A stretch of 64,000 bases of DNA, taken from positions 52,968 to 116,967 of the forward strand of contig CAZYAI010000001.1 in the NCBI GenBank assembly GCA_964645625.1, in the 5' to 3' direction. The position numbers and the translations under genes are program-made. Positions within the stretch are counted from its first letter, which is position 1. Each line of letters opens with the position of its first letter. This document shows, one piece after another, positions 8,958 through 16,616 of the stretch. A model generated the notes under the pieces. The model was given only the letters and a program-made list of their open reading frames with translations. It did not search any database and was not told the origin of the DNA. Origin of the DNA: an uncultured Zetaproteobacteria bacterium (GTDB lineage: Bacteria > Pseudomonadota > Zetaproteobacteria > Mariprofundales > Mariprofundaceae).

Positions 8958-10098
8958 TTTTTCGGCCTGCCGCACGATGGTGGTGGATGATAGCCTTTTA
9001 GACCGTAAGATATTTTGTGCTAGTTTGAAGCGGCTGGGGATTCATCATATTACCCAGTGCTGTAGTGGTCGCGAGGCATTACTTACCTTGGAGGAGCATG
9101 TTCCCGATCTTATTATATTGGATATTCGTTTGGGAGACATGAGTGGCTTGGATTTATGTCAGCAGATTCGCGCTATGCCAGGGCTGGAAAGTACGCCTAT
9201 TGCCATGCAATCGGGGTTGGGTGATATTGAAACCATTAAAGAGGCTTTTCAACGTGGGGCGCATGATTATTTTATCAAACCACTGAAAGAGGAGGAGGTT
9301 GCCGTACGTTTGCAGTCGAGGTTGCTGCTGCGGAACGAAATGAAAGAGCGTGTTCGTCATGCTCAGGAGCTCTCCCTTTTATTGCGCAAAATTCTGCCCG
9401 AGCAGATTGCGCGAGAACTAGAAGATAAAGGCAGTGTACAATCACGTTGGTGTGATGATGCCGTCTTAATGATACTGGATTTTACCGCTGCCAGTCGTGT
9501 TGCCTTGGAGCTGAATGTAGAAGAGCTGATTCAGCACTTTAATGCGCAATTTGATGCCTTTGATACCATCAGCGACCATTATGGTATCACCCGTATTAAA
9601 ACGGTGGGCGATGAATACCAAACCGTTGCAGGCTTGTTTGACGATGACGCGAACATCGCGATTCGTTCGTTAGCGGCAGCCTTTGATATGCGCTGGTTGG
9701 TGCAGCAGTGGATGCATACGCGGCGTGCGCAACAACGTCCTTGTTGGAATGTTCGCCTTAGTGTGCATCGTGGACCAACAGCATGGGGCGTGATGGGCAA
9801 TACACATTTACAATTCGACCTCATTGGCAGTACCATCAACGAGGCACATCGTATCTGCACAGCCGCTAATGATGGTACTATTTGGTGTTCCGAGGCGATT
9901 GCAACAGCGTTGCAGACTTATGCTTCCTTTGACACGCAAGGTGCGACGCATTTGCGTAATATCGGCGATTTTGCATTGTTTGAAGTTACGCAGTTAAGCC
10001 CTGATATACACACCAGCATCGAAGCAATTATTCCAGGGCATGCAGCATGGCACCAAGCGCATTTGCCACGTTTGCTCGAGCGCGTTGTTAGCGTCTAA
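8938..10098 (+). CDS. response-regulator receiver fused to a class III adenylyl/guanylyl cyclase domain
   Basis: REC block (MVVDDSLLDRKIF...LIILDIRLGDMSGLDLC...DYFIKP). Cyclase-homology block (ITRIKTVGDEYQTVAGLF...HRGPTAWGVMGNTHLQFDLIGSTINEAHRI). ATG at 8938 has a GGGAGG RBS, and the gene overlaps the upstream kinase by 20 nt. The ORF track starts at an in-frame TTG at 8932. Confidence 0.8.
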   Translation: MFSSNSDFSACRTMVVDDSLLDRKIFCASLKRLGIHHITQCCSGREALLTLEEHVPDLIILDIRLGDMSGLDLCQQIRAMPGLESTPIAMQSGLGDIETIKEAFQRGAHDYFIKPLKEEEVAVRLQSRLLLRNEMKERVRHAQELSLLLRKILPEQIARELEDKGSVQSRWCDDAVLMILDFTAASRVALELNVEELIQHFNAQFDAFDTISDHYGITRIKTVGDEYQTVAGLFDDDANIAIRSLAAAFDMRWLVQQWMHTRRAQQRPCWNVRLSVHRGPTAWGVMGNTHLQFDLIGSTINEAHRICTAANDGTIWCSEAIATALQTYASFDTQGATHLRNIGDFALFEVTQLSPDIHTSIEAIIPGHAAWHQAHLPRLLERVVSV

Positions 10099-11123
10099 AA
10101 CCAGCCAGCGAGGTTTTCTTCACACAATGTTTTGAGCATGGATTGATGGGGGGCGGAGCTATTTAAGGCTGGAATGTAACGTAGGGATGTGCCTCCAGCT
10201 TCAATAAAGTAATCTCGGTTTTCGACTGCGATTTCTTCCAACGTTTCTAGGCAGTCAGCAGAAAAACCTGGGCAGATGACATCGACACTGGCAACACCTT
10301 GCGCGCCCCACGTTTTCAGCGTCTCATCGGTGTAGGGTGTAACCCAAGGTTCGCGACCGAAACGTGATTGAAAGCTGACAACATAGGCATCATCATCTAA
10401 GTGCAACGATGCAGCGAGCAAACGTGCTGTTTTACGGCATAGGCAAGGGTAAGGGTCGCCAGCATCAAAATAACGTTGCGGAATACCATGGAATGACATC
10501 ATTAAACGCTCAGCCTTGCCATGTGTTGCCCAATGTTGCTCAACGCTATGTTTTAGCGCAGCAATGTACGCAGGGTGGTCGTGGTAGCTGTTGACCACGC
10601 GCAGTTCAGGCAGCCAGCGCCATGTTTTGAGTTCATCGGCAACAGCATCAAAGGTGGAACCACTGGTGGCAGCAGCATATTGCGGGTACAGCGGCAACAC
10701 CAAGATGCGACCACAAGCTTTTTCGCGTAATGCTTGTAAACCATGCGCCATCGATGGGTTGCCGTAACGCATCGCTAATTCTACATGCACTGGCGTACCG
10801 CTAAAATGCGCCTGCAAGGCAGCGACTTGCGCTAAGCTGTGAACCATCAGTGGTGATCCTTGTTCTGTCCATACGCTGCGGTAAGCGGCGGCTGAACGCG
10901 CAGGGCGGGTGTTCAAAATAATGCCATTCAAAATCAGCCACCAAACCACGCGATTCATTTCCACTACGCGAGTATCGGAGAGGAACTCTTTGAGGTAGCG
11001 ACGTAGCGCAGGTGTGCTTGGTTCATCAGGGGTCCCAAGGTTACAGAGTAAAATACCAATATTCGATTGTGCTTTTTCACGTTGGTGAGCCTGTAGTGAT
11101 TCTGTGGATGGAAATGAAGTCAT
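10095..11123 (-). CDS. hemH: ferrochelatase
   Basis: 342 aa. N-terminus GILLCNLGTPDEPSTPALRRYLKEFLSD and overall family pattern. Its 3' end overlaps the convergent cyclase gene by 4 nt. Confidence 0.9.
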   Translation of the reverse strand: MTSFPSTESLQAHQREKAQSNIGILLCNLGTPDEPSTPALRRYLKEFLSDTRVVEMNRVVWWLILNGIILNTRPARSAAAYRSVWTEQGSPLMVHSLAQVAALQAHFSGTPVHVELAMRYGNPSMAHGLQALREKACGRILVLPLYPQYAAATSGSTFDAVADELKTWRWLPELRVVNSYHDHPAYIAALKHSVEQHWATHGKAERLMMSFHGIPQRYFDAGDPYPCLCRKTARLLAASLHLDDDAYVVSFQSRFGREPWVTPYTDETLKTWGAQGVASVDVICPGFSADCLETLEEIAVENRDYFIEAGGTSLRYIPALNSSAPHQSMLKTLCEENLAGWF

Positions 11124-11132
11124 GGTGTTTCC

Positions 11133-11996
11133 TTATATTGTCTTCTGTTGACGTAGTGCGCGTACATCAGTAATGCTTAAACCTGTTTTTTGTGCAATCG
11201 TTTGATCATCCAAGATATCAAGGAAGCTTGCGGCAATGCGTTGAGATGCCAACAACTCACCTTCTTTAAGTCCTTCTTCTTTACCTAGGCGTTGTGCCAG
11301 TTGCAATGCACCACGTTGATCTTGAATGAAGATTTCTCGCCGCTCTTGGTCGTCAAGCTCTTCGGGCGTTAACCCTGCCTTGTTGGCAATAACAAATGCA
11401 TGATTGATGGCATCATCATTTGCTAAAACTTTAGGGATGGCACTCAAATCACCTGCGCATTTGAGGAAGTAGAACCATTTATCCAACAGGGTATCCAACT
11501 CATCCTCTGAACGTTTAAATTTGGGCAACTCTGCAAAAATAAGTTCTAAATCATCGTGGTAAACCAGCCCATTTTCTTCGCGTAACTTAAAACTGTTTAC
11601 CACCTCAGACAGCTCGTTGAACATCACAAAATCGGTGATGGTAATGGCAATAACATCGGTTAAATGTTGATAGTGTTCGCCCATAGTCAGCTGCCCTACA
11701 TAGCTTTTACAGGCATTGTATAACACACGTTTTTCAAAGCCTTCGACGTTGAGTACCTGCATTTCGATGATGTAGGATTTACCCTGTTCATCAAGGGCGC
11801 GAACATCCAAGTAGGTATCTTTCATACCCTTGATTTTAGGGGCTAAATAGGGGTCTATGATTTCCACTTCAGCTATGCGGTGTGGTGCTTCTAAACGCAA
11901 AATTGCGTTGAGAAAACTTAATAAAATATCCGTGCTTTCAGTCGAGCCAAAAATGCGTTTGAAAGCAAAATCTGTTTTAGGGTTCAGAAACCGCAT
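11133..11996 (-). CDS. Rpn/YhgA-like recombination-promoting nuclease (PD-(D/E)XK, 'putative transposase' family), copy 1
   Basis: MRFLNPKTDFAFKRIFGS...YLDVRA.DEQGK.YIIEMQV... is about 90% identical to the two copies at 33085 and 34050. The GAGG RBS/ATG at 11996 has the same AACGAGGT leader as the other copies. The listed ORF start at 12029 is an upstream extension. Confidence 0.85.
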   Translation of the reverse strand: MRFLNPKTDFAFKRIFGSTESTDILLSFLNAILRLEAPHRIAEVEIIDPYLAPKIKGMKDTYLDVRALDEQGKSYIIEMQVLNVEGFEKRVLYNACKSYVGQLTMGEHYQHLTDVIAITITDFVMFNELSEVVNSFKLREENGLVYHDDLELIFAELPKFKRSEDELDTLLDKWFYFLKCAGDLSAIPKVLANDDAINHAFVIANKAGLTPEELDDQERREIFIQDQRGALQLAQRLGKEEGLKEGELLASQRIAASFLDILDDQTIAQKTGLSITDVRALRQQKTI

Positions 11997-12040
11997 AAAT
12001 AACCTCGTTATTGAGCTGATGTTACGCACGGTATAGGAGC

Positions 12041-12637
12041 TTTTTTTATACAGTATCGCAATCTAAAAATCCGTCAACTGCACTTGATACAGTATCCAGT
12101 CTTGCGTCCGTTCGCTGGATTGCGGATCAAGTCCGCAATGACGTGGTTTCCCTCGGTCATGCCGCACTCGATGCGGTATTGCGGATCAAGTCCGCAATGA
12201 CGTGGGTTTCCTCGGTCATGCCGCGCTTGATGCTGCATCCAGTCTTGCGTCCGTTCGCTCCGTCATGCCGCACTCGATGCGGTATTGCGGATCAAGTCCG
12301 CAATGACGTGGGTTTCCTCGGTCATGCCGCGCTTGATGCTGCATCCAGTCTTGCGTCCGTTCGCTCCGTCATGCCGCACTCGATGCGGTATTGCGGATCA
12401 AGTCCGCAATGACGTGGGTTTCCTCGGTCATGCCGCGCTTGATGCGGTATCCAGTCTTGCGTCCGTTCGCTGGATTGCGGATCAAGTCCGCAATGACGTG
12501 GTTTCCCTCGGTCATGCCGCACTTGATGCGGTATCCAGTCTTGCGTCTGTTCACTCGATTACGGATCAAGTCCGCAATGACACGTTGCTACCCAAAAAGT
12601 CACGTATATAACCATGCGTGCGTAACATCAGCTACTG
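12041..12637. repeat. tandem array of hairpin-containing units (periods 59/84/106 bp), bracketed by a perfect 17 bp inverted repeat at 12011-12027 and 12621-12637
   Basis: Core GCGGATCAAGTCCGCAATGAC recurs at 12122, 12181, 12287, 12393, 12477 and 12561. Each carries the hairpin ATTGCGGA-TCAAG-TCCGCAAT. Modules of two kinds are interleaved. The flanks TTTTTATACAGTAT... and ...AAAAAGTCACG..CATGCGTGCGT.ACA.CAG are shared with the single-unit copy at 50849-51012. AGCTGATGTTACGCACG at 12011 is the exact reverse complement of 12621-12637. Confidence 0.8.
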
Positions 12638-12743
12638 CAAATGGATGGGGCAATCATAATCGACCGTTGTGAAGATGTCTTGTGATGCAAAAAGATGCTC
12701 AAGTGATCGCCCCATAAGCTGAAGCGGTGCATTCTGCCGATGC

Positions 12744-13853
12744 ATGCTTTACTATGCGGCGATGAAATTATCTTGCTTTGCCGCTACGCCCTTGGGTTTA
12801 GAGTCTGTTTCCGCTGCCGAGTTGACCGAGTTGGGGGCGCGTAATGCCGTCATCAGCCATGGCGGTGTCACTTTTGATTGCTCGTGGGATGGACTGTTTC
12901 GCATGCAATTACGCGCCCGCACAATCACCCGCGTTTTGCTGCGCGTCGCCGACTTTTCGGTGCGTTACTTTAACGAACTTGAACGCCGCGTAGCGAATTT
13001 GCCGTGGTCACGTTACCTCACGGATGATGCCACCGTGCGCGTGCAAGCGAGCAGTCATCGCTCGCGTTTGCTGCATACTGGGAAGATTGCCGAAACGGTA
13101 CTTTCCGCTATTAAGCGAACGGAAAGCAAAGATGCAACACAGACCATTTTTGTGCGTATGGATAACGACCGTTGCACCATCAGTATCGACCTTTCAGGTG
13201 ATCGCTTGGATCGTCGGGGTTATCGCCTTGAATCAGGTAAAGCACCACTGAGGGAGACCATCGCCGTAGGGCTGTTGCGCTGGAGTGGTTGGCAGCCGAC
13301 TGCGCCCCTTTGCGTGCCGATGTGCGGTTCAGGCACGTGGGCGATTGAAGCAGCACTCATCGCGCAACGTACAGCTGCTAACAGCGAACGTGTATTTCCG
13401 TTTTTGACCTGGCCTTGTTTACCTCAGGCACGTTGGCAAAAAGCGAAGCAGACAGCGCAAAGTTTGCACCCCAGTGCCGCCATGCCTGCGATTCTTGCCA
13501 GTGATGTACATGCAGGTGCGATTGGTATTACGCAGCGCAATGCCGAACGCGCTGGCGTAGCGGCATGTATTGATGTTCAACAGGCTGACTTCCGCATGTT
13601 ACGACCACAAGAGGCACACCCCACGGGCTGGATTTTATGTAATCCGCCTTATGGTTCGCGCTTGAATCCGCAGCAAGGGGACATCTACCAAGACCTTGGT
13701 GCATGGCAGCGGGAATATGCACCTGCTTGGCATTGCTTGGTGATCTGCCCTGATTGGCAAGCGCAGCGAAGCTTGGCGGGTAAACCGCGTATTCATATTG
13801 CATTTTCTAGCGGTGGTAAACGTTTGAGCGCGCTGTTGTTCAGCCCTGAGTAA
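12744..13853 (+). CDS. THUMP-domain class I SAM-dependent RNA methyltransferase (RlmL/COG0116-like, the N6-adenine/N2-guanine MTase fold)
   Basis: 369 aa. N-terminal THUMP-like region. GSGT SAM-binding motif (CVPMCGSGTWAIEAAL) and ILCNPPYG catalytic motif. The start may be the MKLS codon at 12762. Confidence 0.7.
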   Translation: MLYYAAMKLSCFAATPLGLESVSAAELTELGARNAVISHGGVTFDCSWDGLFRMQLRARTITRVLLRVADFSVRYFNELERRVANLPWSRYLTDDATVRVQASSHRSRLLHTGKIAETVLSAIKRTESKDATQTIFVRMDNDRCTISIDLSGDRLDRRGYRLESGKAPLRETIAVGLLRWSGWQPTAPLCVPMCGSGTWAIEAALIAQRTAANSERVFPFLTWPCLPQARWQKAKQTAQSLHPSAAMPAILASDVHAGAIGITQRNAERAGVAACIDVQQADFRMLRPQEAHPTGWILCNPPYGSRLNPQQGDIYQDLGAWQREYAPAWHCLVICPDWQAQRSLAGKPRIHIAFSSGGKRLSALLFSPE

Positions 13854-13860
13854 AGCTGGC

Positions 13861-15201
13861 ATGGACGATCAGGCTTGCACGTTTCACCCGCAAAAGGATG
13901 GGCGGTGGTGCTGTTTTCAGTGTCAATTGAACTTTTGTATTCAGTGTATTCCAAATGGTCATCGCTTGCGCTTTGAGCATCTTTGCCCTGTGTGCCAAAA
14001 GCCGTTAATTCAACAGCAGAAGCGCGATAAAAACGCTACCGTTTACAGTTATATCATGCGCGCATTGCGCTACCCTTTGACGTTCCGAGACGCGTATTAT
14101 GTCCGCATATGGCTGGTGTTGGTGCTGATTGTTGCGATGCTGGGGCAACTCGTTCAAGCCTTTGGCTTCATTCCACCATTGACGATTCCTTATTATTTAT
14201 TGCTCGCGGTCGTAACTTTGGGGCTTTATTATTTGGGCTATTTAAGTCTGATGCATACTGCCCGTGGTATTATGCACGGGAAAAATGTGTTTGATGTCGA
14301 AGGCGGGCGAAGCACAAGCAGCTTTTTGATGTTCACCCTGTTATGGGGAGTGGTTCATCTGTTGAATGAATGGGGGGCGTATTTGTTGGCGCAGCCTGTG
14401 TGGTGGACTTCTTTGCTATTGTTGCTGCTTATACATCTGTTTTTACCCTCCAGTATGATGCTGACTATATTTTCTGACCGACCTGTTCGTGCTGTGGTCA
14501 ACCCCTTTGCTCATATACGGATTCTGCTTACCCTGCATGGCGAATACCTGTGGGTAGTTGCTGTGGTATTTGCTTTGGGCATGGTGCAAGTGTCGCTCGC
14601 CCATGTTGCTCAAGCGTATGCATTCTGGTTTTCGTCAGGGCTGTTATTGTTGGTGAATGCTTGGCTGGTATTGGTTTGCTCGCATCTCACGGGCTACTTG
14701 GTAGTTAGTCACAGTGGCGAGTTGGGCTTTACGCGTCATATTGATAGCGATCATCAGCAAGCATTAGAAAACCTTGCAACCCTGCCCGATAAAACGATTA
14801 TCCAGCAGGTAAGAGCACTCAATAAGAGGCAACGCCATGATGATGCCTTGGCATTGCTTGAGCATTATTGTCGTTACAACGCACCGGCTTTGTTGCATCT
14901 GGAGCGCGTGTTGCAGTTGATTGATTATGCGACGGAAGAGGAAATGCAGCACCGCATAAATTTCAGCATCAATATTTTGGCGGATGATGCGGTTTATAGA
15001 AATCACCTGTGCCGCATGTTGGAGCGAATCAGCCAAAAAGGTCGTCATTATTACGCTGACCCTGAATTGCTGTTGCGATTATTGACCATTGCCGAAGCAC
15101 ACCAACGGATGCACTTGCGGCAATCGCTGTTGCGTACCTTTATTCAGCATTACCCTGAACATAAGCAAAGCCAAGCTTTAGCCAAGAATCAATGCCGATA
15201 G
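13861..15201 (+). CDS. polytopic membrane protein with an N-terminal Cys-rich zinc-ribbon/B-box-like module and a helical C-terminal domain; unknown function
   Basis: N-terminus CTFHPQKDGRWCCFQCQLNFCIQCIPNGHRLRFEHLCPVCQ (8 Cys/His). At least 7 hydrophobic segments between aa 80 and 280. C-terminal ~160 aa is hydrophilic and helical. Confidence 0.55.
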   Translation: MDDQACTFHPQKDGRWCCFQCQLNFCIQCIPNGHRLRFEHLCPVCQKPLIQQQKRDKNATVYSYIMRALRYPLTFRDAYYVRIWLVLVLIVAMLGQLVQAFGFIPPLTIPYYLLLAVVTLGLYYLGYLSLMHTARGIMHGKNVFDVEGGRSTSSFLMFTLLWGVVHLLNEWGAYLLAQPVWWTSLLLLLLIHLFLPSSMMLTIFSDRPVRAVVNPFAHIRILLTLHGEYLWVVAVVFALGMVQVSLAHVAQAYAFWFSSGLLLLVNAWLVLVCSHLTGYLVVSHSGELGFTRHIDSDHQQALENLATLPDKTIIQQVRALNKRQRHDDALALLEHYCRYNAPALLHLERVLQLIDYATEEEMQHRINFSINILADDAVYRNHLCRMLERISQKGRHYYADPELLLRLLTIAEAHQRMHLRQSLLRTFIQHYPEHKQSQALAKNQCR

Positions 15202-15256
15202 CTTGACTTTCGCTGCTAAAACAAGAACATAAGATTTTAATCGAGGGGAGTGGGAT

Positions 15257-15691
15257 ATGAGCCATCTGGTGCATTGTTTTATCGTACGTGTATATTATGA
15301 AGACACCGACCATGGTGGTCGCGTCTATTATGCCAATTACCTCAAGTTCATGGAGCGTGCGCGTACCGAATGCTTGCGTAAATGTGGTATTGAGCTGGAC
15401 GAAGTAGAGGCAACATACGGTGTGCAGTTTGCCGTAACAGGGGTTAATATCCGCTACCTTCAAGGGGCTGACTTCAACGATCAATTAGAAGTTGAATCCA
15501 CCCTCACCATGGTGCAAGGCGCACGGCTTGCCTTCCGTCAAGACATTTATGTGCTTGATCGTGATACGGGCGAGCGGGTATTGCAACTCACCACGGCTGA
15601 TGTGCAATTAGCTTGTATCAATGGTGATGGTCGCCCCAGTCGTGTACCCGCGCCGCTCATGCCCGTACTAAAAAATCATCAATCAGAATAA
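15257..15691 (+). CDS. ybgC: acyl-CoA thioesterase, YbgC/4HBT hotdog family
   Basis: 144 aa: VRVYYEDTDHGGRVYYANYLKFMERARTECLR... is the typical YbgC N-terminus. No tol-pal genes follow it here. Confidence 0.75.
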   Translation: MSHLVHCFIVRVYYEDTDHGGRVYYANYLKFMERARTECLRKCGIELDEVEATYGVQFAVTGVNIRYLQGADFNDQLEVESTLTMVQGARLAFRQDIYVLDRDTGERVLQLTTADVQLACINGDGRPSRVPAPLMPVLKNHQSE

Positions 15692-15966
15692 TCCGTTGTG
15701 AGTTACTGCTCCTCTCTACATCTGATGATTATAACACCTTTGCCTAGCGATGATTAACTTGGTAGTGTGATTCGCAAATGGACGGGTAATGACTTTATGA
15801 CGCGCTGTACTAATAATGTTTCATCGCACAGGGTGGCGAAAGTTAGGCTCGTGAACTTGTCGTTTTGACTTGATTTTCAAAAGAGCCTATTTTTTGTTGT
15901 GTTAATAGTTAGGTGACCATACTATGTATTTTTCACCTTAGTGGTTTTTAGCATGGAAATATAGGT

Positions 15967-16503
15967 ATGCAGGAATTAATCGATGGGCGTCAGCATTACT
16001 CTCCAGTGAAAAAACACTTCATAACACCTATGTTTTTACTGTTTAGCACCTCTGCCAGTGCAAACGTAATTTTCCCCGCCTTTGCTGCGCCTCATTTTGC
16101 TCCAGCGTTAAATTTCCCCTTATTAGTCATCGCTGTTTTATTTATTGAAGTAGGCATATATAAATTGGCGAGCCATAACACACCCATTTATCATTTGGCT
16201 TTGATGGTTGCCGTTGCTAATGGTGCCTCGTGGATAGCGGGTATTATGATCACAATGTTCTTACCAAGTGGTTTGGTCACGGGAGAGTACGGTATAGAAG
16301 CAGCCTCCAGTTTTACGCTATATGCGACGTTAGGCTACGTGGTTGCCTACGTTCTTAGTGTAATTATCGAAGGTTACATCGTAAAAGGATCTTCAGTCAA
16401 AATGGGCGTTGCTTCGCCATTCAAATGGTCGTTTTATGCAAACAGCGGTAGTTATTTAACGTTGGTGATTTTTTTGTGGTCTAAAGATTCAATGCCATTA
16501 TGA
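15967..16503 (+). CDS. hypothetical membrane protein in an AT-rich islet
   Basis: 178 aa with ~5 hydrophobic helices. The surrounding 15692-16616 is clearly AT-richer than the rest of the window. No recognisable family. Confidence 0.4.
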   Translation: MQELIDGRQHYSPVKKHFITPMFLLFSTSASANVIFPAFAAPHFAPALNFPLLVIAVLFIEVGIYKLASHNTPIYHLALMVAVANGASWIAGIMITMFLPSGLVTGEYGIEAASSFTLYATLGYVVAYVLSVIIEGYIVKGSSVKMGVASPFKWSFYANSGSYLTLVIFLWSKDSMPL

Positions 16504-16616
16504 GATGATTCTTAATGCAATTAAAGAAACTCAAGTTTTTAGCCTTATCTCTTTCACTTTGACCTCCTCATTGTGGCTTTAGCCTCTGTGTGTGCATGTG
16601 TTCGGTCACTATTTCA

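Noticed and set aside
11997-12029. Upstream extension (MRNISSITRLF) of Rpn copy 1
   Set aside because: The conserved AACGAGGT RBS/leader shared with copies 2 and 3 sits immediately before the internal ATG at 11996. The extension overlaps the inverted-repeat arm.
12041-12637. Possible CRISPR array
   Set aside because: There are no unique spacers of uniform length. The intervening segments are themselves repeated modules, periods are irregular (59/84/106), and no cas genes are nearby.
12143-12672. Five overlapping ORFs (66-108 aa) inside the 12.0-12.6 kb region on both strands
   Set aside because: They are produced by the tandem hairpin repeats (the same peptide motifs recur in several frames) and have no RBS or start context. 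Treated as non-coding repeat DNA.
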